Assembly: GCA_963712115.1 (NCBI GenBank)
Contig: CAVQGX010000069.1
Coordinates: forward strand, 1-26,480
Source of the DNA: an uncultured delta proteobacterium
GTDB taxonomy: Bacteria > Desulfobacterota > Syntrophobacteria > BM002
DNA: 26,480 bases
Direction of reading: 5' to 3'
Each line of letters begins with the position of its first letter. Positions within the stretch are counted from its first letter, which is position 1. The notes under the pieces were generated by a model. It ran no database searches and had not been told where the DNA came from. It worked only from the letters and a program-made list of their open reading frames with translations. The translations under genes were made by a program, and so were the position numbers. Shown one piece after another: positions 1 through 7,429 of the stretch.

Positions 1-12
1 GGGAGGTGGGTT

Positions 13-147
13 ATGGCAACGATAAATCTCAGGAACGTCCCAGATGATCTGCACCGGAAAGCAAAAGCTAGAGCAGCAATGGAAGGAGTCTCATTGAAGC
101 AACTAATACTCAGGCTTTTAGCGGAATACCTCGACGGAGTTTGTTAG
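13..147 (+). CDS. Small ribbon-helix-helix (Arc/FitA-like) DNA-binding protein, 44 aa; possible antitoxin
   Basis: Translated by hand: MATINLRNVPDDLHRKAKARAAMEGVSLKQLILRLLAEYLDGVC*. GGAGG RBS at 2-6. Typical RHH pattern (TINLRNVP-DDLH...A...G.SL..LI). Too short for the ORF track. Confidence 0.8.
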   Translation: MATINLRNVPDDLHRKAKARAAMEGVSLKQLILRLLAEYLDGVC

Positions 148-187
148 TTAGTCCGAATATCTCACCAATTGTCTCCGGACTCCGGCT

Positions 188-754
188 CTATTTGCCGAGC
201 ATTTCCTCCTTTAGACTCTTTTGGGCGGGTTTATCTGAAAGCCATATACCGAAAACGGCCTGTTTAAAAGCAAGCCCCTCTATTCTGGTTTTGAATTCAC
301 TATTCTTGTAAACCTCTAATCCCTTACCAGGTGAGTAAATCAAGTCAAAAATATCATTTTCCTCTATCTTCTCTTTAAAGACAGAGATGAATTCTTCAAT
401 CTGGCTCTTGATGGGTTCGGTGTTACCCTTCGTGGCATTTTCAAAACCTTCCCTAGTTGCATTTTCCATTTTCTTACTGGTAATCAAGGAAGAGATAATA
501 TGAAGCCTGATAGCCATTAGCTCATCACCTTCTATGATCTCCTTTGGATTATTGCTCTTATTTTGAAGATAGAGGCCGCCCACATAAAGATCCATAAAAA
601 ACTTGCTGCGCACACCTGCACCGTTCAAGATCAGCTTGCTCTTGGCAACCGCAAGCGATTCAGGCATGTTAATGCCTTCGATTTCTTTGGCGTTACTTAC
701 TGGACTCATGATGATAAGGGTCAATACCAGCGGAATTACATGTTTTCTAAACAT
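188..754 (-). CDS. Chalcone isomerase-like family protein, exported
   Basis: Signal peptide, then LILNGAGVRSKFFMDLYVGGLY and C-terminal FKQAVFGIWLSDKPAQKSLKEEMLG, characteristic of bacterial chalcone-isomerase-like proteins. GGAG RBS. Confidence 0.85.
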   Translation of the reverse strand: MFRKHVIPLVLTLIIMSPVSNAKEIEGINMPESLAVAKSKLILNGAGVRSKFFMDLYVGGLYLQNKSNNPKEIIEGDELMAIRLHIISSLITSKKMENATREGFENATKGNTEPIKSQIEEFISVFKEKIEENDIFDLIYSPGKGLEVYKNSEFKTRIEGLAFKQAVFGIWLSDKPAQKSLKEEMLGK

Positions 755-812
755 CTCAATCTCCCTTAGGCGTCTTAAGGAAAAACCGGTGTTTTTTCGG
801 GGAATAGGTCTT

Positions 813-1670
813 CTATTCCTTTTTCTTGCCTTTTTTAGCGAGTTCTTTTTCTATTGCCTCCTGGAATCCCTCGAAGCTTCTATCCCTCAATTGCCTTCCA
901 TTGATAAAGATTGTGGGTATCCCTCGCACCCCAGCGTTTTGCCCTTCCCTTAAATCGCTTTCGACTATTGCCTCTATTTCGGGGGCTTTCATATCTGCAT
1001 CCAACTTCGCCGTATCCAATCCCACTTGCTGGGCGATGTCTCGAATCTTCGCTTCGTCTAGTCGGCTGTAATTCTTGTAAAGCTCATCGTGGAATTCCCA
1101 AAACTTACCTTGCCTGTTGGCTGCCAGCGCTGCCACAGCTGCCTGCCGGGCAAATTTGTGATTTGGAAGAGGAAAGTTTTTTATGGCCAGTTTGACTGTC
1201 TTCGGGTATGTCTCGAACACCTGCTCGAGTAGAGGCGAAAGCCTGGCACAGTAAGGTCACTGAAAATCGCTGAAAACTGCTATTTGTACCGGAGCATCGG
1301 CTGGCCCTTTGAAAGGAGAATTGGAAAGGTCGATATCTTTAATAAACTCTAAAAGAAGTATTTGAACCTGCTTGTTCTTTTTGCTGGTAAGAAGAATTAC
1401 ATCTTCCCACGGTCCAACTCTAATGCCATCCACTTGCCTTCCCAGCGAAATCTTGTCCTCGAGTTTGCCTTCTACCGAGTATATGAGAATGCTTCCCTGG
1501 TCGGTTAAAACATATATATATTTCCCGTTGAGAGAGGCAGCCAAATCAACAGGTGGACCTTCCAGTTTCAGTGTCTTTTTTACATCCCATTCCACCTCTC
1601 CCTTAACCGGGGAGGATAGGGTAAAGAAAATTACTGCTATGAGGAAGAAAATAACCGATCGCTTGTTCAT
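813..1670 (-). CDS. DsbA/thioredoxin-fold oxidoreductase with an N-terminal beta-rich domain; probable selenoprotein (UxxC), 285 aa
   Basis: ORFs 1257..1670 and 813..1220 are in the same frame, separated only by TGA at 1259-1257. Read-through gives AVFSDFQ-U-PYC-ARLSPLLEQVF, the DsbA FSDFxCPYC motif. cis-Pro loop GVRGIPTIFING and a signal peptide are present. Confidence 0.88.
1233..1244 (-). promoter_or_regulatory. Candidate bacterial SECIS apical hairpin
   Basis: AGGC-TTTC-GCCT stem-loop starting 12 nt 3' of the in-frame UGA. The stem is short and the loop is not the canonical G-containing one, so the exact fold is uncertain. Confidence 0.4.
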
Positions 1671-1745
1671 TTTAGGCCCTTTGTATCCCTTGACTGTTTG
1701 TGAACCAAATGGTGTTGTTCTGCTTGTCCGCCGCGAAAAAAATCG

Positions 1746-2360
1746 TCAGAACTCGTATTTGAATAAACTCAAAAACACACCTCCAGATGGCGTAGGTATA
1801 TAACCCATCTCCAGTGAGGTGGTTTTATATCCGATCCCGACAGTTGGAAACATTGCAGGTGCGATTCCTTTTAAGTTTATCGCCGCGTTGTTCCCATACC
1901 CATAGAGAATCCCTCCATACAAATTTCCCTGGTAAAAAAAATTGCCACTTTCGCTAAAAGGGTATTTATTTGTGCTGAATCTCTTTCCACCAAAGTATGT
2001 CGGGTCGTCCCAGGTGTTTATATATCTAGATACAACATAATTATCATATGAGGCGACGACCATTCTAAGATTCTCATTTGGGTTGTCCTGTTGGTCAACG
2101 TGCCTCGAAAATAAGCTGATCATGAGTGACATCTCACGGGAATCCGACTTGTCGGAAGAGCCCTCCACATCATCATGGGAAAGGTCGAGCCTTTTATCAT
2201 TCCCATCGGGGTCGTCGGATTGGTCCACTTGCTTTGCATACAAGCCAACCTCTGGTGACACCTCTTTAGAAGCCGGCTCATCAGAAGAATCAGCCGCTAC
2301 TACTGATATTGGTAGGAGGAACAATCCCACCACCATCAGACAGCCTAACAGTCTCGTCAA
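1746..2360 (-). CDS. Exported hypothetical protein, probable small outer-membrane beta-barrel
   Basis: Signal peptide, acidic linker, aromatic/Gly-rich strands (GGILYGY), C-terminal ...SLFKYEF beta-signal with terminal Phe. TTG start preceded by a GGGGG RBS-like tract. Confidence 0.65.
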   Translation of the reverse strand: MTRLLGCLMVVGLFLLPISVVAADSSDEPASKEVSPEVGLYAKQVDQSDDPDGNDKRLDLSHDDVEGSSDKSDSREMSLMISLFSRHVDQQDNPNENLRMVVASYDNYVVSRYINTWDDPTYFGGKRFSTNKYPFSESGNFFYQGNLYGGILYGYGNNAAINLKGIAPAMFPTVGIGYKTTSLEMGYIPTPSGGVFLSLFKYEF

Positions 2361-2500
2361 CTTTCCCCCCAGTGAGGTTTAAAGGATTGACGAACCGCGC
2401 TCCATCAGCAACCCCCTCAAGCGCTAACCCAGTCTAGGTACTTCCAGGTCCGGGGCAGGTTATCACAAACTATGTGAAGTATGAAAGAGGAAATAGCGTC

Positions 2501-2666
2501 CCTGATCCACCATCAAGGCATCATCTGCCGTTCGACAGGCTCACGGCCCTGAGCAAAGTCGAAGGGCGGCGTTGCCTTCGATCGCTCCTCCTTGCGGCGT
2601 ATTGTCCCATACGCCTCAGTCGTCGCTCCTCGGCGCCTTGCATCTAATACCTTGCTGGTGATCAGG
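2501..2666. repeat. Palindromic MITE/REP-like element with a nested second hairpin
   Basis: Terminal inverted repeat CCTGATCCACCATCAAGG / CCTTGCTGGTGATCAGG. Core GGCGTA-N8-TACGCC. Nested hairpin GCCGTTCGAC..GCTCA..TGAGC..GTCGAAGGGC at 2527-2567. Confidence 0.75.
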
Positions 2667-2741
2667 AATACTCCAGAAGAGGCTTATTTCAGTCCTGATA
2701 ACTAAATTAGACGGTGGATTTGGGGCTTAATGATGAAGCCG

Positions 2742-3779
2742 CTAGACAGCTGTAACGGAATTCTTACCGCGCTCTTTACTGCGGTACAAGGAGGCGTCAG
2801 CCATCTGGAGTAGCTCCCCCATGTCTCCTGCGTCTTGCGGATAGGTAGCAATACCGCAGCTAACCGTTATTTTGATGTCAAACCCCTCGGATTGGAGGAA
2901 ACGGGTCTGGAAAATCTCTTGGTGGACGTCTTTCATCTTCTTGAGTGCCGACTGTTTGTCCTGAGCCGGCATTATGACCACATATTCATCACCGCCGTAG
3001 CGGACGAGGCGATCATCGCAATCCAGTTGGGAAGCAATAACCACAGCCACTTCTTTCAGCGTCCTACTGCCCATAAGGTGTCCGTAGGTGTCCACCACCT
3101 TTTTGAAATCGTCCAAATCCAGAAAGGCAAGGGAAACAACCTGATCTTGCTGAAGCAACTTGCCTAGATAATCATGAAGAAAACGGGTGTTATAGAATCC
3201 TGTTACGTCGTCGGTTACTGCGAGAGACTGAATTCTCATGTGGTTGCGGGCATTGGTTATGGCTATAGAGACGTAATCTGCAAGAAAGGAAAGTACGGGC
3301 ATGGAACTTTCGTCAAAGAGAGCAGGGTCTTCGGGATTGATAATCTCAATAGCACCAATAACTGAGTCTTGCACTTTTAAAGGAAGGCAGATGAGAGATT
3401 TAGTGGTAAAGCCGGTCATGTCATCCACTCGTTTACTAAACCTGGGGTCTTGCTGCACCTTTTCGGGTACCAGTATGGGTTCACCTGTGAGCGCAGCAGT
3501 GCCGGCTATTCCCTCGCCAAGCTTCATCCGGGTGTGGGCAAGCATTTCTTTTTCCAGTCCCACCACTAACTCGAAGCACAGTTCTTGGGTCTCAGGGTCC
3601 AGCAGATATAATGTCCAGTTCTTTGCTCTTATGAGTTCACTTATCCGCTGCATGATTATTTTGAGGATCTGCTCCATGTTGAGAGTTGAAGTTATCGCTT
3701 TGCCGATCTCAACACAGGTCAGTAACTTTTTGTCATGGGATAACATTTTTTTGAATTCACTCCTTCGTCCATTTACCAC
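2742..3779 (-). CDS. GAF-domain diguanylate cyclase (GGDEF family)
   Basis: GAF domain (LGEGIAG...DPRF...TGFTTKSLICLPL), then DDVTGFYNTR, DLDDFKKVVDTYGH and RYGGDEY. Start may be the ATG at 3746. Confidence 0.93.
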   Translation of the reverse strand: MVNGRRSEFKKMLSHDKKLLTCVEIGKAITSTLNMEQILKIIMQRISELIRAKNWTLYLLDPETQELCFELVVGLEKEMLAHTRMKLGEGIAGTAALTGEPILVPEKVQQDPRFSKRVDDMTGFTTKSLICLPLKVQDSVIGAIEIINPEDPALFDESSMPVLSFLADYVSIAITNARNHMRIQSLAVTDDVTGFYNTRFLHDYLGKLLQQDQVVSLAFLDLDDFKKVVDTYGHLMGSRTLKEVAVVIASQLDCDDRLVRYGGDEYVVIMPAQDKQSALKKMKDVHQEIFQTRFLQSEGFDIKITVSCGIATYPQDAGDMGELLQMADASLYRSKERGKNSVTAV

Positions 3780-3963
3780 AATAGTTCTGGGAATATTTCT
3801 GGGCGCAAGTCTATGGACTGAGCCCTCGCCAGGGTCTACTTTGGCAAATCCTGCCGAAGGTTGTCAAGCCTATGCTCGGGTGGGGCTAAGAAAACCAGGA
3901 AGGGCACGAAGAAGATTGAGATTACGCGGGGGAGTGCATGGGCCAAGCTTAGAGTGTTGTGAT

Positions 3964-4141
3964 GTCATTTGCTTCGCGTCATTTGGCTTCGCCGTCATGA
4001 GGCCTTCCGGCCGTCATTAGGTTGTTTCAAGGCCAGAATGACATTCAACTATGCATGACAGCGTAGCGTATTGACCTAATGACCATAAATGACGCGCAGG
4101 CATGGTGACAGCAAAGCGCAATGACGGCCACGTTAGTGGCC
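3964..4141. repeat. Head-to-head array of GTCAT / ATGAC units separated by mini-hairpins
   Basis: GTCAT at 3964, 3978, 3994, 4013; (A/T/G)TGAC at 4038, 4055, 4071, 4079, 4089, 4105, 4121. Spacers include GCTTCGC, GGCTTCGCC, GGCCTTCCGGCC, GCGTAGC, GCAAAGC. Confidence 0.8.
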
Positions 4142-4149
4142 TAAGAGGA

Positions 4150-4881
4150 CTAGCCGACAGCTTCCAACTCATCTTTTCTGACGGCTGATTCAAGGAGCAA
4201 CTGAATGGCATTTATATCTTGGACAACCAAGTCGTCGAATTCCACCAGGCAATCTTGATAGTGAAAATCACCTTCAGTCCACCCTAGGAGGTCAAAAACC
4301 ACCTCTCGAACCTGGTGGTGAATTAACTCCTTCAGGGTATCTTCGTTGATATATCCCAAGGCTAGGAGCATCTCCCCCACCCTTTTACCGGCTTTTTTCG
4401 CCTCATCCAGGACTTGCAGGAGGGCTTCCGGGGATATGAGACCTCTCTGATAGAGGATCTGCCCTAGCTGAAGACCTGGTTGCCCGCTTCCCGCAATAAT
4501 CTTGCCTTCTTTTAGGCAAATGGCTCTTCTCTTCTGCCCATTGCTGAACTGTAGGATACCGCTTTTGTTGTCTGAGGATAGAATTTGCAGAATAGTAGAC
4601 AGGCCAATGGACTTCAGATTTCCCTTAAAATCCAGCGCAACTGCCTTCCTTGACGAATCAAAGGGATTCCACACTACCTGGCGGTCAGAATAATCTCTCT
4701 TGTTCCAGGCCTTTATCGCCTCTTTTTCAGTCTCTCTAACTGGACCACTGGTGCCGCACCAGCACACAATTGAGTAATAGTTTTGGGAATCTGGGATTGT
4801 TCTCAGGTAAGTCCTGTCAGCTTCATGCTCAGCTGAACCGCAGAAGGGGCAGGGTCTTAAACTCTCTTTCAGATCGGTCAT
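4150..4881 (-). CDS. Lar-type (restriction alleviation) zinc finger fused to a DUF4388/PatA-N-like domain with MshEN-like repeats
   Basis: LRPCPFCGS...IVCWCGTSGP...EAIKAWNKR, followed by FKGNLKSIGLSTILQIL...SGIL...LGQILYQRGLIS...VGEMLLALGYI...FDLLGWTEGDFHY. GGAGG RBS. Confidence 0.82.
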   Translation of the reverse strand: MTDLKESLRPCPFCGSAEHEADRTYLRTIPDSQNYYSIVCWCGTSGPVRETEKEAIKAWNKRDYSDRQVVWNPFDSSRKAVALDFKGNLKSIGLSTILQILSSDNKSGILQFSNGQKRRAICLKEGKIIAGSGQPGLQLGQILYQRGLISPEALLQVLDEAKKAGKRVGEMLLALGYINEDTLKELIHHQVREVVFDLLGWTEGDFHYQDCLVEFDDLVVQDINAIQLLLESAVRKDELEAVG

Positions 4882-5010
4882 CTTCCACCTCCGACTGAAA
4901 AGCCGTCAACCGGTCATTCAGTCCAAAAACTGACTCTTGTGAGTTGAGAGCCATCCCCCCCCGAAAAGCTTCTTTGGCCTCAATGAGCACATAAATCTTT
5001 CTGCTAATAT

Positions 5011-5025
5011 GAAAGAAATGTGCCA
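5011..5025 (-). promoter_or_regulatory. Possible variant sigma54 promoter upstream of the Lar/DUF4388 gene
   Basis: TGGCAC-ATTTC-TTTC: perfect -24 box, but TC instead of GC at -12. AT-rich DNA lies upstream. Confidence 0.3.
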
Positions 5026-5313
5026 TGGTTGGTATTTTAGATTTTTATATATTAATTTCGTAGTCTTATCTCTTCAAGGGTTTGCAGGCGAAGTGCAGAT
5101 ATTAGTTGGCTTGGAGCAAAAGTTTGTTAAAAAATTGCCACTTTTTGGGAAAATATTTATCCACCCGCCCTCCCATAGCGGGATCTTCGATGGGCCAGGG
5201 CAGATCGCATAGAGCTGCGCATGGCGCTTAGCACTTTGCCTCATGGGGGCAACCCAAAGGTAGGTACTGTGGGCCTGGATTCTTTACTTTTCTTTAGTGG
5301 AAGAGGAGGGGGG

Positions 5314-6609
5314 TTAAGGTCCAGACGGCTCGCGCCATATCTCGAGTATGGTTAGATCATCAGTGGCCTCGGCATCTCCTCGCCAAGCCCTGACCTCGTC
5401 CAACAGCTTGCTTCCCCACGGTGGACCTTTGGTTTTGTTGAGGTATTTGGGTAGTCGGTGGCTGCCGAAGAACTCATCTCTGTCATTCCGCGCTTCAGTA
5501 ACCCCGTCAGTTATGAACAAGATCGATTGCCCAGGTCCCAGGATGATCTCCCTAGTGTCGTAATGAGGTTTAGGTATGACCCCCAGAGGTATTCCCTTCA
5601 ACTCGGGGAGCTTTCCCAGCCCTTTGTCCGCAAACCACAAGGGAAACAAATGCCCACCCCTGACCAGTTGCATTCTCCCGGTTGCTGGCCAATATCTTCC
5701 CATAACAATGGTGGCGAAAAAGCCTTCCTTGGCCAGGAGAGAGTACATGGCACTGTTTACACTCTCTAGAACCTCATCAACCTCTTTGTCCACTAAAGCC
5801 TCGCTTCGAATCCTCGCCCACAAGGCTACCATTATCAAGGCCGCGGGAAGTCCTTTGCCACAGACATCAGCCACGTAGATTAGCCAACTGCCATCGGCCA
5901 GGTGAATGAGATCATATAGGTCACCACCAACAAAGGCTGCTGGCAGCGACACAGCCCAAACATTGCTACCGCCTGCCATCTCAGGGCATTGTGGACAAAA
6001 CTGTGCTTGAATTTGAGATGCCGCTTCTAGTTCAATCTGCAATTTTTGTTGCTTAAGTTGGGTTTCCAGAAGCCTAGATCTTATAATGGCCACGCCGGCC
6101 AACTGGGCAAAGCTGTCCAAAATCTCTTCATCTTCAGTGTCGAAACAAGGTCTGCCTTTCGAGTTCAGAACCTCAATTACACCCAGAAGTTCCTCTCCGT
6201 AGACAATAGGAACACAAAGGAGGTTTCTGGTTTGAAAGCCGGTGTAATGGTCAGCTTCTTTAAAGAACCTTGTGTCTCGCTGCACATCTTGGATGATGAC
6301 AGGCTTACGGTTTGCTGCAACCCAGCCGGCGAGCCCCTCGCCCATCTTCAATTCCACGTTAGTTTTGAGAATCTGTTCGGTTTCCTCGCCCAAAGCCTCG
6401 TTCTTGGCTAGAGCAAATTCGAGAACATCGGCTGTTGGATTGTAGAGCAAGATAGAAGATGCTTGGGCACCGGTCACTTCCTGGGCCAAGTCCAGAAGCT
6501 GGGGCAGCAAATCATTTAAAGACTCTATATGTGCCAAAGACTGATTTGCTTTGACAAGATTCTTTAGCCGCTTGGAAAGATTGACCTCGCTGGCAATGTA
6601 TCTTTCCAT
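5314..6609 (-). CDS. GAF-domain PP2C/SpoIIE (RsbU-like) serine phosphatase
   Basis: GAF (MGEGLAGWVA...DTRF...TGFQTRNLLCVPI...EVLNSK...FDTEDEE), then VGGDLYD, VADVCGKGLPAAL, ITDGVTEA and DDLTIL motifs. Confidence 0.93.
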   Translation of the reverse strand: MERYIASEVNLSKRLKNLVKANQSLAHIESLNDLLPQLLDLAQEVTGAQASSILLYNPTADVLEFALAKNEALGEETEQILKTNVELKMGEGLAGWVAANRKPVIIQDVQRDTRFFKEADHYTGFQTRNLLCVPIVYGEELLGVIEVLNSKGRPCFDTEDEEILDSFAQLAGVAIIRSRLLETQLKQQKLQIELEAASQIQAQFCPQCPEMAGGSNVWAVSLPAAFVGGDLYDLIHLADGSWLIYVADVCGKGLPAALIMVALWARIRSEALVDKEVDEVLESVNSAMYSLLAKEGFFATIVMGRYWPATGRMQLVRGGHLFPLWFADKGLGKLPELKGIPLGVIPKPHYDTREIILGPGQSILFITDGVTEARNDRDEFFGSHRLPKYLNKTKGPPWGSKLLDEVRAWRGDAEATDDLTILEIWREPSGP

Positions 6610-6750
6610 ATGCTAGGAAAATCCCTTCGAGAAATCAGCAGTCCAGACCGAAAGTCTGCAGTGCATATATGAGAATGATGACAGACAAGCCTTGTGGGGC
6701 TTACGGGACTAGAGTCCGCTGGCGTGATTTTCTGTTTGCCAGGGGAATAC

Positions 6751-6776
6751 AGGGCAGACTAGCAGTCTGCCCTTTT
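6751..6776. terminator. Perfect 10-bp hairpin, probable terminator
   Basis: AGGGCAGACT-AGC-AGTCTGCCCT, about 90 nt downstream of the 82-aa gene. The short T-run is on the + strand, so the direction is unclear. Confidence 0.5.
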
Positions 6777-6865
6777 CCCTTGTTGGAATCTCTGTCTGAT
6801 TAAAGCGTCGAATGATTCAACATACCATAAGGAAGTGGTGACAGTCAAAATCGACAGGGTAATCT

Positions 6866-7114
6866 CTAAGCAAATGCAGTCTGTCTCGGTTCGCCACGTC
6901 TTTGGAGGTTCGGGCAGTGGAAATGCAACGATTCTTCAGTGTCTGGAAGTTTACAAAAGAGGTCAACGTGTGATTCGGTTTTCAAGGCCTTAACTTCAAT
7001 TCCGGAGCTTTTTGGGCAATTCACCAGTACGGAGTCGGGAGAGATATCGAGCACCAAGGTTGGAGAAGTTTCATTTTCCAAAAGTGCGGTTATGGTTATC
7101 ATATATTTTTTCAT
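6866..7114 (-). CDS. Small hypothetical protein (82 aa), possibly a degenerate or truncated PilZ-like domain
   Basis: Strong GGAGG RBS and a sigma54 promoter directly upstream. VLDISPDSVLVNCP...LKTESHVDLFCKLP...LHFHC resembles the PilZ core. Confidence 0.6.
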   Translation of the reverse strand: MKKYMITITALLENETSPTLVLDISPDSVLVNCPKSSGIEVKALKTESHVDLFCKLPDTEESLHFHCPNLQRRGEPRQTAFA

Positions 7115-7163
7115 GATCCCCCTCCCCTATTAAGGGTTTCTGTTGCTCCCATATTTTCTATAG

Positions 7164-7178
7164 GCAACTGCCGTGCCA
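7164..7178 (-). promoter_or_regulatory. sigma54 (-24/-12) promoter
   Basis: TGGCAC-GGCAG-TTGC is an exact match to TGGCAC-N5-TTGC, 50 nt upstream of the 82-aa ORF and next to a sigma54 activator gene. Confidence 0.85.
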
Positions 7179-7300
7179 ACTCGAGGAAGGAAAGGAAGGA
7201 ATCTCAAGCAAATTGGTCAAGAATTTAATATCATTAAATCTTTTGAATTTTCTGCGGTGGCGAGACAAGGGAAAAGAGACCTCTCCCCTGGGAGTATGGC

Positions 7301-7406
7301 TGTAAACAAAGTTGACTTTATTTGAAGTGATCTACAAAATCTTTTTGATTTTGAGGAGTTAAACGGTGTAAACCAGGTTAGCAGGCTGGTGGCAACTCCT
7401 TTGACA
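7301..7406. promoter_or_regulatory. Candidate upstream activator sequences (three 17-bp imperfect palindromes)
   Basis: TGTAAAC-AAA-GTTGACT (7301), TGTAAAC-CAG-GTTAGCA (7367), TGGCAAC-TCC-TTTGACA (7390), lying 120-230 bp upstream of the sigma54 promoter. Confidence 0.5.
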
Positions 7407-7429
7407 CAAGTAAATAGCTACGCTCACTT

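Noticed and set aside
3780-3900. c-di-GMP-I riboswitch suggested by GGCAAA / GGGCGCAAG words
   Set aside because: The motifs are in the wrong order and on the strand opposite to the DGC, and there is no GAAA tetraloop/receptor arrangement.
3301-4020. 239-aa plus-strand ORF and the many other antisense ORFs in the track (e.g. 603..953, 16074..16526, 17662..18123, 21660..22067)
   Set aside because: They shadow well-supported genes on the opposite strand and have no motifs of their own.
3964-4141. CRISPR array
   Set aside because: Repeats are only 5-6 nt, spacers are short and irregular, orientation flips midway, and no cas genes are present.
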